NCBI GenBank assembly: GCA_047495785.1
Contig: JBLDXI010000007.1
Span: 2,976,001-3,040,000, forward strand
Direction: 5' to 3'
Length of the DNA: 64,000 nt
Source of the DNA: Lepidodermella squamata
Taxonomy: Eukaryota; Animalia; Gastrotricha
This document shows positions 38,301 through 50,300 of this stretch, piece by piece. Position 1 is the stretch's first letter; each line of letters begins with the position of its first letter. The position numbers and the translations under genes were made by a program. Below the pieces are notes generated by a model that had not been told where the DNA came from, searched no databases, and saw only the letters and a program-made list of their open reading frames with translations.

Positions 38301-41300
38301 AACTGTTCATTTTAAATTAAAGGCCAGACTTTTAATTTGGACTTGATTTCAAAGTGTATATAATTCCATTTTCACTTTGCAGCCGTGTACGAAACAATTA
38401 GACACTATTTCAATTTCCGAATTTGATAGCTGCGAGCTTAATTATTTTCGCGGGGTTTTATGGCTGTATGTTTTGCAGGGTTATATTTTGGTTATACGAA
38501 GGGTCTGCGAATATTTTTCAAAACTGCTATTCGGCTTGCAAAGGGTTCATATGACCATTACTGCAAAATTATGGCAGTGCAAAAGCAACCATGAATGTCT
38601 GACATATTATTTTAATCTGTCAGTGCCTGGAAAAACAAACCTGTTTGACTCGAAATTTCACCAATCAAACAATCATATTCCATAATCTTATATTGCACAT
38701 TTCCATTTTTCTATTCTATGCTATCAGATGACAACTTCGGGGCATTTGGCGACTCGCTCTACGACCAGGACTTGAACCTTTTCCGTACTTCTACACTGCC
38801 ATCGGTGAGATCGGGTCATGTGGAAAGCAGGTAAATATTTTATCATTTTCGTGTTTTCTCATTTCATTTTTTGAGAAGTTCGCTTACAACCCACCACCCG
38901 CAGCCGGTTGAATTGTTAGCAGGTAATTTTCGATATATTTTTCGCATTATAAGTTAAAAAATTGTATTTTTCACCTTCTTCTTTCAGTTGATCATTCTGC
39001 CACCACTGGGTTCGAAGCTGTGGAAGAACATGGTATAGTAGCTTGATGTTACGGAAAAGAGGCGCACTATTTATTCCACCTTCATTTTTTAGCTGGTGAT
39101 TCGGAAATCGTTGGCCTCGAAGTTGTTGAAGAGCAGGGTATAAAAAATGCTTTTAGCTCCAATTTTATCGGTTTTTATTACGTTTCGACAGACATTATCG
39201 ACGGCAGCAATGAAGTACTCAGTTCGGAAGCGAATCTCGATCCACCACCTCCTTACTCTAGAATTCCAACCTCTGATGGTGAGTTGCACATTAAGCTAAA
39301 CTGGTAGCAACTGACACCTCTTTCTTTCCTTCAACTACAGCGGAGGCGCCGGGTGGTCAATGCTGTTCTTGTAGACGGCATGCCACGGAGCATATGCCGT
39401 TGCCCTTAGCTTTCGTTGAGCGTGATTTTCGAGGCAAGGCTTACGGTCGTTTAGCGAAATCAAGGATTCACAGACGGCAATGGTTATGTCGAGATTGCGA
39501 GCTTTATCTTCTCCATTCAAGCAACTCTTTCAGTTTCAACGTTTGCTGGCCTGCACTGCTTTATTCCGTATTATTTAAACCTACATTTCGACACATCGGC
39601 CTGCTGCTGGAGCATGTTCTTCCGCTCAATGTGAAAGAGATGTGGTCTGCTGAATTGCGATCGACAGGTCAATTTAGTTTCCTTCAAGCCGAATCGTATT
39701 TTGCTGACAAAACGGATGTTGTTACCTTGTTCGAAAAAGGAGCGCATAATCAAACTTCTGGTTTGTCGTCATAATATTACTTTAGTCATCGCGATACGCT
39801 GAATTTTGACCTTTGTTAGGAAGTTTTCGAAAATATTTCAATGCAACTTGTTTTCCTGATGTCCGTTGCCCGATGGGTTGCTGGGCGCATTCAGAAATGT
39901 GCCAGAAAATTCCTCTGCACAACTTCATGCATCAATTCGGGGGCCAGAAGTTTGGCAATTCAAAGGACAGATGGTTCACCTCTGCTCGGCCCGAGTTCCC
40001 AGAACCTCCTTGTGTAACTAAATTGAATTTCATCGTCAAACACGGCATGGTCATTGATGATTCTCTTGGAATCTGCATTTTGGCTTGCAGCAGTCATTCT
40101 AAATCGACATTGTTTAACGAATTTGTGCACCCAGCTCGAAATGTATTTGATGACGTCGGTTGCTCGCAACTTCCCGAAATAACTGCCGCTGTTATGCAAC
40201 AGCCTAATTTTGTACGCTCTGGCCGAATTGGGGTGAACGCCGTGTCGATGCCAACGGTCGAAGTTGTTGGTGGCCATTTTGGCTTGAGCAGCTTTTCGTT
40301 ATTTCCTTGTTTACGGGAAAAATTGGGCGACGTCGGAGAAGACTTGTACCCGCAACTTTTAGCCGCTGAACAGCGCCAGGAAGTGAAGAACACTTTGTTT
40401 GCAAAGGAAGGGTTCAAAGACGCGCATGACCTATTACAACGTTTCAGCCCTGTGCTTACCGCTAAAATTGACGCCGTTGAAGCGGCGGCGAAAGGCGCTA
40501 CATTTGTTGATTATGTCGACGCTTACACGTCATGGGCAGCAATTCGTCGAGAACAGCTGGGGTTTCCTTCTCAACCGCAAGGTGCAAATGTTCCAGCAAA
40601 TACGAGAATGTTATTGAGAAATATAATGACGAACCCTATTCATCCAAATAATGATCACGGGATGAAGCCATATCTCATCAAAATTCCTTCACAAGATGGC
40701 CCGTGCAGCCTTCTCGGCCAAGTGCTAAATGGTATTTTAAATTGCCGCCCGATCTATCGAAATGTACTATCATATCATGTGAATGCTGAAAACGCTTCTA
40801 TCGGTACTGTGTCATTTGCTAAATTACTTTGCATAGCCGCTAATTTCGCCAGCAAGCGAACTCAGATGGTGACAGGAGGCACGGTGAGCAGCGCATTATG
40901 GACACATACTACCGCTCCGAACAATCAGCCCATTATTCCAATGCAGTACAGGATTAGCAATCTTCTCAGTCTATTAACCATGAGAGTTACCAGCGAAGAG
41001 CTAGGCACTTCTGGCGGTCAGCTCGTGCGTGTTCGCATCCGACCAGACAATCTGCCGCTTGATCCAGGAACTCGTGTAACCCGAAGCGTTTCTCGTCAAT
41101 GTTAGTTATATTTATCAGCCATACCTTTGCTTTATTATCTCCTTTTTCTTTCAACAATCTCTTTATTGGAAAACCGCTTTCGCAATGATACACATCTTTT
41201 GTGTGATTAATATCCTAATTATTGTCATATTTACTTTATTTAGTGCTCGCGCAAGGTACTCTTATTACTGTTGCCGGCCAGCCGTTCATCAGCTTCGTTC

Positions 41301-44300
41301 CGACACATGACATCGTTATCATTCAGACAGAGGTGGGCAGCCAAGTCACAACGTCTAAACTGCCGCTCAATTTGGCCGGTCATTCGTTACATTTCATGGT
41401 TTTGAGAAGGCCAAATACTCGAAATCAGAACAACTATTTCACTCTTATGCGATGGGGTCCGCAGTTCAACGGCTGGTGGCTCATGGACGGAAAGAAAACT
41501 ACTAAATGCGAGAATATTGCTGATGTCATAGGTGAATTTACTGAATTGCGTTGTATTTTTTTGGCAAAATACCCATTTAACTTGCTAATAAATTTTACAT
41601 TTTTTGTCAATGAAATCGTTAAGGTTGTAGTAGTGGTTTTTCATGTAGAGTCGGAAATATTCAAATAAACGATAACAATTTTGAATTTTGAATGAAATCA
41701 CTAGACGTCGCAAAACTGTTCTTGTTCATTTAAATTCACTGTTTTTCGGTGATATTCTGGTTGATAACGCACGGGTTTAGCGGATACGTGGCCAACACTC
41801 AAAAGTGCCGCCGCAAACTGGCGATAAGTTCAATTTCAGAAACATATTCCAACGGGATTTTTGGGACATAGTGACGCATCTCCAGGCTAAATGGAAGCTC
41901 AAGTGGCTTTTGGTTCCAATCTGCTCATATAACACAGTATTTCTTTTATTATATACTTCATTGCCGTTTTATTTATTGTTATTCTCTGGTATTTTCAGGA
42001 GACGTTATTTACGCGGTTTACGCCCGTCCAGGTGATGATAATTTGCGCAAGGAAGCCGTTTTGTGTTCTATCGGCGGTCAGCGTCGAGCAGTGTGTGCGG
42101 AACATGTTGATAAATTGGATGGTCATGGTTTCATCAAAGTTTCGAAAGACCTCAGTGTCTCTTGCTGCGCGCTAAAAGGAAGAGGCCGTAGAAGAAAGCG
42201 ATGTGACAATATCGCTCTATTTCGTTGTCCGTTCGGTATCACCACTGGAAAATTGTGCGATGTTGGCATCTGCAATAATTGCTACAAAAAGCTACCTCGC
42301 GATGTTTCACAGCGGTTCGCAAGACATCCTGAAATGCCCTGCCTTGCGCCCAGCCTTGGTCATAACCATGACGATGACAGTTCGCCAGAACATTCAGACG
42401 ATGAAGGCAATGTTCTACAAGGCCGTATTGACGATGCAGAGGTTGTTTTCGGAGCTGATGCGGATGAAAATAATGAGGACATGTTTTACCCATTGGGCGA
42501 TGAAGATCCAATTCTGAATCAACAAGTTCACCAGGCCCATTCTGAACGAGTAAAATACAACGTCGCAAATCCTCATGCCAAGATTCCCAGCAAATTCCTT
42601 CTAGTGAACGCCTTTAGAATCTTAGAGCGGAACGTCGCACCATATCCTTCAAGTCGAACAACGTTGCTCTTAAATCAATTGGTACGAGCAGGAGACGCTC
42701 CTGTGGTGTCACTTATGTACCCGGAGGCGAACTTGTTCCCTTCTGTTTATCATTCCAGTGCGAAAGGCAGCGTTCTTGGAGCATTGCCGTATTATCAATA
42801 TTCTTCGCCTGAATCGGGTAAATATAAAGGCGTTGCGCCTTTGGACGAATACTTACAAGTACGCACAATGGACGGTCAGCTTGCAACCAGTCGGCGACTA
42901 GATTATCTTCACTTCGCCTTCGATATCAGCCAGGGTCAGAAATTGAATCATTGTAGTTCAGAAATGGTCTTTCGGCGCGGATTTGAGACTGCAGCCGAGA
43001 AAGGCGGCCTTGGATCTGATGCGACGCAAACTACCCTAAGCTATGACCAGTTCGACTCATCCCGCAAACAGAAAGAAATCGCAGCTCAAATGGCCGAGGC
43101 GCCGTGGGATTATTTCTACACAGTAACAGCTAATGACTTAGGTAATTTTACATGCTATTTTTCGTTGTTTTCTGGTATCATACCTACATATCATTATTTT
43201 CTTTTACCTTATAAATGGCTTCAGGTTCACCTGGAGTTTGCGAAATTGTTAAGGCCATTCGTGTTGCGTCGAGGAAAGGATTGCCTGCGAATGTCAAATT
43301 ACCGCCAGAAGCATTCAACATATCGCTTAAACAAGCCAAGGACATTGAAATTGACGAGGACCGGTTTCGTAAATTATATGATTCGTACTTCTTCATCATT
43401 AACAGCACTTGGCAGCGGACAGTCAAAAATTTGCAAATTTTCATCGAGAAAAGCCCATCCCGACTTTTGGGTAACGTTCACACTCATTTCTCGCGCATCG
43501 AGTTCCAGTCGCAGGGTTCGCTTGGCAACAAATGCCATGTACATGGAGGTATCTCTGTTCGAAATGAAAGCGATAAGCAGATTAATGAGCGAATTTGTCT
43601 TGATCCTGAGAAGTTCTATTCCAGGCAGTTCAATTCGTCATACCGAATGCTACTTAAGGATGGCCTTGTATCAGATCGTGAGGACTTTGATTTTCTGGTC
43701 CAGCAGTTGAAGCCTCTACAGCGGCATAATTGCGGAAACGCTGGCGAACGATGTCAGAAGCCACGAGGTGAAACTGGCGAGCTTATGTGCAGAGTTCGTT
43801 CCCACCCGCGTTCCTATGATTACTATTATGATGAGAAAAACAACTTGTATGAGCCTGAAGTATATGCTGAACTTGAGCGTCTAGGTTTGGCTATTTCTTC
43901 GATGTCTGGGGATCAAAAGTCGTATAAATTGCTAGAAGAAACTTTGAAGGCAGGGACCTGGCATTATCCTTTAAGTCAAGTTGATGAGAACTGCAAATTT
44001 ATTCCAACTGTTCCTGTTCTCGCCATTATGATGCGTGGCTCTACCAACGTTCAGAGGTGCGACAAGCGCTTCATGGTGTCCTATCTCGTAAAATACGTCG
44101 CCGGAAAGGTCATTTTGAATACAATTCTTTTCCCTGCCTAATATCGATTTTTGTTCTAGGAAGTTCATTCGAAACCATCCTACAGGTACACGAAGAATCC
44201 TGGGGAGATAACTCTTCAACCCGTTGAAGGCCCGCCTTTGAACGAGAAACTTACCAGCGTTCTCATTTATCAAGCATCGCAAAATCGCGCTCTCCGTCGT

Positions 44301-47300
44301 CAAAAGCACTGCAACGTCATGGAGATACCTGCCACTGAGATGCATTGGTTTCTCCGATCATTTCCGTACACCCACTCGAACGCGCTTTTTGTCCACGTCA
44401 ATACGCAGCCTCCGGAGTATCGCGTCGCATATAAAGTCAAACGACGGCGGCGAGGTGCATTACCTTCTGGTAAATTGAATTGCTAAATTGTATTACATAC
44501 CGCAGTTTTTGTCTTTTACTTTTCAGGCGTTGATGGAGTTGCCTTTGAACCCAATGCACTCAGGCGCGATTTCAATCAGCCGTGGCGTCTCTTCTCCCAG
44601 GAACAAATTCAACTTGCACGCGAGTATCGAGACTCCGGGTTGTGCTGTGGGGCGATGGAGCGGTTCAACATTCGAGCCCCCGAGTTGTTGATATTTTGCA
44701 ATCCCGCTGATTTCCACAAAATATTTGTCCCGTTTTATGGAAAATCGAAGCTGGTATTGACGGAAGATGTCGAATTCTCGCCATTTATTGATGCTTTGGG
44801 TCGCATTTACAAAATTCGATCGTGTTCTCTCGAGTATGGGATGGATTATTTGAATCGACAGCCTCAATCAAACCCGGCGGTGCCGTTTCTCAAATCAATC
44901 TTCAGCAGACTTTTGGCTGGCGATGAAGAATTGGAGCATATTTTCTTGGATAAGACTGACGCAGTTTGCGCTATTCCTGTCGTTTCAAGCTTGACGCCAT
45001 CAAATCGATTGAAATTTTTTTATCATATCGCTATGACTCTCGGTGAAGTCGACAATGAACTTCTCACTTTCAGCGTCGAGGATATGCGAGCCGCATTTGC
45101 CAGGTGTCACCTGGTTACTGCAATCCAGCGGAATGGTGAAGTCGAATATCCTAATTTGCGCGAGGAGATAGATTCTATCTTGATACGTTATTTGCTAAAG
45201 CAGCTGGTTTTCTTGCCCGTTTCTTCGAAGCGTCTCGGTGCACTGTTTCTTGGTGCTAAAGCTGCATTGGAGGACCTATTTTTCAATGACGGTTCAACTG
45301 ATTTCGGCTTACCAGCGATTTCTGATGTTGCTCTCAAAGCTCAAGTTGATCGAACAATCGCATACGTTGAGCGCGCACAACGAGAGCTCCTTGTGAAAAC
45401 CTGCCATGCACAGCTACTTGGATTGATTGATTTACCTCCCGTTGAGGAGTTCCTGAATGCTAGCATCGAGCAACCTGCCGACTGGCATCCGGAAATTCGT
45501 CATGCGCCAGGTAGGCTCTCTTTTCACCCCTTTTTTTAATTGAATTTCTTGTTTTATCCATTTTAGGACAAACTGATGATTCGCTCAACGAACAGCGACG
45601 GGCCCTGCATCATGGACTGGCTAAGATCAATGCATTGTTGACAAACCGTCGTAGCTACAAACATTCTGTATTGGTCGGTCCGCCTGGCTGTGGAAAAACC
45701 TTTCTGATCCAAGTCCTTACTTTGTATGCTCTTGGCCGCGGACACACGGTTTGTCTCACAGCTCTCACCTCCGAGCGCGCCAGATCTCTTGGTGGACGCC
45801 ATTTGCATTTGGTTTTTCCAATGCGAGTTCACCCTAGCCAGTATTCTCACGCATTGTTGGATGCTCAGGATTGCATTCGTCGGTTGGCTAGGGATCCTAT
45901 GAAAGCTATGCTACTTTTCAGGACTGACATATTCATATTCGAAGAAATTGGCTTGATATCGGCTGAGATCTATGCCCAGGTTGACGCTGTCATGCAGTAC
46001 ATAACATGTTGTGGACTGAAAATGGGCGGCAAATTGGTCTTGGCGACCGGTGACTATTGCCAATTGATGCCAGGTAATAAATTTATGTCTTCAACACCTA
46101 TGCGTTCTTTAGCAAGCTTTTCTTTTCATTAATTCATTAATTTCCATATACCATAACCCATAACATAGCCTATTTTCAACATTGATATTTCGGTGAATAA
46201 GGTGTATTAATTTGTTCCTTAATGAGAGAAAAAGTATGCATATGCAAATTAGCGTTATAGATGCAACGGGTCCCATTTCAGTAGTAAGCAGCAATAGCAA
46301 TAATAGAGTCTACATTTTCCCTAAGTTCTGATTTGTCGTCATTGTTAGTCAAAGTAGCCAGACAGGTCACATGTTCCACATAAACTTATGAACTTTTTCT
46401 TTCAATCTCGTTGTAGTTTCCGGTCGACCATTTTGGTTATCGACACACCTCCTGTTTGCGTTCGATGTTTTCCTACTTACCGAATTCGTTCGGGCTGCGC
46501 AAGACGCAGAAATGCAAGAAATTTTAACGTTGCTGCGGTCGCCTGTTTTAGATCAGCAACAAAGAGAGCGCATTCGAGGCATCATTGTCAACCGCTGTCC
46601 GTTCTACAATTCTTGGGATGATGTTCCTGATCATTTACTGAGGATTGTCACCACAAGGCGAGCGCAACAAACTGTTGTTGAGTCGTTTTTGCAGGCGAAA
46701 CGTAATGATGCATCAACTGTGACCCGGCAATGCTCATCGATTGATGAATGCCAATATCGTGATGGCTGGGAACCGACTTCGAACAGGCAATATATCAAAA
46801 AGCTGAACTCTACTTGCTTGGAGCCTGAAGTTTTGACGCTTTTTGAAGGCCAGGTTCTTTGTTTAACTTTCAACAACATTGTCAACGACGCGAGGCAGTC
46901 ATTTTCCCAAGGACAATTGGCAATCGTTCGGCACATCCCAGCTGATTTGATGCCATTGACGGCTAGAGTCGGAGTCAAAATTGTACCGCCAGGTCATCGC
47001 TCCCTCGCAGTTATACCTGAAGATTGGCCTCTACTTTATATTGGCAGACACACTGGACCTGAAGTTTCTGTGGGTAGAAAACATGTCAGAAGAAAGCAAT
47101 ATCCATTTCGATATTACATTGCTGGTAATTGCTTTTTTAGTTGCTTGGCAGTTATTTCAGTTGCTTGGCTCTTGGCTGAACTCTCATATATAAGTATTGT
47201 TCTTTTATAGCTACCACCCATAGAGTCATGGGTTGTACAGCTGAAGATGGCGTTGCTATCCAAGTTTCATCAACAGAGAGAGCATTTCGAATGTGGGAGA

Positions 47301-50300
47301 AGGCCCAATTCCTTGTCATGATGTCGCGCTCCAGGTCGCTTGACAAAGTGGCTTTCGTTGGAAGCGATCGTCATGGCATACTCGAAGCAATCGACGCCAT
47401 TCTTATGGAAACGTCTGCTTTTGATGAAGCCACGAGATCAAGACTGCGCCAAATGGACATCCTACCCCAGGCTGATATGGTCACTGTCAACATCGACCCT
47501 GTTTTCCTTTTTACCAACTCTGTTCTGCCCCAAATTGATTTCGGGGTCGTCTATCATATTGTCTCTGAAAGCAGACCTTTTGCATCGTATATCGGACAAA
47601 CGGAAAGATCCATTCATCAACGCCTTGGGGAGCACAACACAGGTAATATTTGCAATTTGCTGATTTACCGTCAATTATCAATTTCTCATTTAGGAAGCGG
47701 ATCAAATTTCACTCGCGGTGATCAATGGGTTTTGTGTACTATCATTCATGGTTTTCCAGATGACGCCAGTCGATTGCGCATGGAGCGCGACATTCACCTT
47801 GCAATGCGAGGTGACATATTTCCGTGGCAAATGCGCGCCGTTCTACGTCAGCAAGTCGCCATTTTTAACAACGACAATCCCTTCGCTATCCGTCTGTCAG
47901 TCGTTGCTTTTTGTGACCTCAATGAACAACACGTCAGATATCTTGCTCGGCATTTGCCTCCTGGGACCGTCATTGTTGGTCGTCGCGTTTGTTGCTTTTT
48001 AGTTCACATGGATTTGAATGTGTCAGCTTTCTTTTTAGGAGTGATTCCATGTGAACAGATTTTTCGGCATGTCGTCTTTTCCTCGCGACATCTATGTCAT
48101 CTTGCTTGTTCTACCGTTTCAATCGTTCCCTTGTCCAAATTTTGGAAGATGGTTTTTTTCTAATTTACTTCAAATAAATAATACTCATGCAAATCTTCTG
48201 ATTTGTTATTTTATCAGACATCAATGTCATATCGCTGATATTTTTTTCTTTTTTAATTCCTTATTGTCGTCATTGTGCTAATTTGACAAGCACACATCGT
48301 CATGCATGACCTGATTAGCAGCGACGTCGCTCACGCACCTTTTACCCTCAAATGTTAAGCATGACAAATAATAAAACTTGTTTACATTTTGCTGCAATAG
48401 AGGGAGGGGGTTGATTCTCCCCTACTTGCAGGAGGGGAGAGTTCAGGGGTGGTCATCAACAAGTCATAGACATTGATTACATCATACTCTTGTCAGTTAC
48501 ATACCAAACACAACTCTGCTGGTATTTTTATTTCTGGATTTTGACACTTGGTCAGGCCTCGGAGGGCAATGGGAAAATGATGTTAATCAGAACGGCCCCA
48601 ACTGGGACTGGAATCAAGGCAGTAAGATTTTTTCAAATTGAAAAATTTGGTACCAACTCATTTGAGCTAGATTCTCGGGGTTACTATGCGATGACTGCAG
48701 ATAAAATAGCACCGACGTGCACTAGCCTGTACACTGAAATAAGCTCGCCCTTCATCAAACCAGGAGGGCCGAAATGTTTCCGCTTCCGTAGCTATCGATC
48801 CGCAGTATCGAATAAAATTGAGGTTGTGCCAGGTCTAATATCGAGCGGTGCAATAACCGCTGTACCAGGATGGACTATAACGGGAAACGTAGACGGAACT
48901 GCATTGACATGGAGAACAATCCAGGTCGAATTAAATTACCAAGTTGAGTACCGAATCCTCATCCGTATTTGGAGTGCTTGCGACGGTAAAGGGCTGGGTA
49001 ATCAAGCAGTGGACGATTTCATGCTATTTGACGGAACTTGTACTATTACGCCAAACTCGCAATACGCAACCTATACAACAAACAGCATTCGACCGCTGCC
49101 ATCTTGGCAGGATGCGACCGATTCGATAAACGACGCCAATTTTTTCTACTGTACTGACCTGAACTTACCGCAGTGGCGACCGATAAGATTCAGCGATGAC
49201 GTTTGGACGTGCGACTCATTCGACCTACCAGCCACGCATCAGCGAACCGGCCCTCAGTCAGACTACACAGGCGAGGGCAACTACTTGAACGCCGATAATG
49301 ACCTGGGCACTTCTTTGACGGGAGTCACCCGGCTGAGCGGTCCAGCAGTTCCCGCGGGACTCCGCTGTGTCATTTTCCACTATTTCCAGTTCGGCTACGA
49401 CGCTGGTGAATTCCGTCTCAGCGATCAAACCGGGCGATTCTTATTTGCTGTGCAGGGTGATCAATTGCCAACGTGGCGGGAACATCGCATCTTGCTGAAT
49501 CAGCCAACGCCAACTGTACTGACCTTTACGAGTAGCTCGGCTCTCTTCGACGGTTTCACTCACTATCAAAGATTCGGCGCCATTCAAATCGACGACATCT
49601 ACGTCAGAAATGGAACTGATCTTTGCATGGGATACATGGATTGTGACTTCGATTCTCCCACGAGTATTGCGGACTGCGGGTGGCGTCAGAATGAAACTGA
49701 CGACGGCGACTGGGTACGTAACAAAGGTGAAACTCCAGCTGGAAACGGATTAACAGGGCCAAATGCTGACCAGCGGACCGGAGCGGGCCATTACTTGTAC
49801 TTTGACGCAACCGAAGTAAAGCCTGGGGCACGAGCTAGAATTCACATGCCACCAATCGCTGCTGGGAACTCCTGCCTCACCTTTAATTACCATATGTGGG
49901 GCAGCGATGTCGGATCCTTACGAGTTTTCTACGTTCCCCAAAACGCATCATCAACCTATGTTGGAAACTTCCCTCCCTATGGCGAAATTCAAGTTTTTGG
50001 ACGATCAGGGTCACAGGCGAACTATTGGCTGCGGGCGATGGTTCCTTTGCAGTTGAATCACCCTCAAATAATGACTTTCGAAGCCATCCGAGGCAACGGC
50101 GACCGAGGTGATATTGCGATCGATGATGTTGTTCTTCTGCGTGGTTCATGTCCTCAAGATCGGTCATTTTCTTGCAGCTTCGAGCGAGGCGATACTTGTG
50201 CCTGGATCAACGATCCAGCAGCAAACCGCAAATTCACCGTCCGCCGCGGTAAGACTCCGGGCTCCCCTATAAGCGGCCCGGAAGGTGATAACACTGGCGC

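Larger units (their letters stand above)
33690..48460 (+). mobile_element. Helitron-like rolling-circle element (~14.7 kb; exact termini not resolved) in an intron of the multi-lectin gene
   Basis: Encodes HUH Rep and PIF1-like helicase motifs in Helitron order; related GC-rich hairpins at 33866, 34355, 34867 and 48416; a host MAM domain is split across it. Confidence 0.85.

Noticed and set aside
36389-48163. Host PIF1, OTU and SLX1 genes, or a Polinton/giant-virus insertion
   Set aside because: The HUH Rep motifs directly upstream of the helicase are diagnostic of Helitron-like elements; I saw no polymerase B, integrase or capsid motifs.
48490-48670. Signal peptide and independent start for the 725-aa MAM ORF
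   Set aside because: The ORF starts at TTG and MAM similarity begins mid-domain at the AG acceptor 48670; the upstream part looks like open intron sequence.
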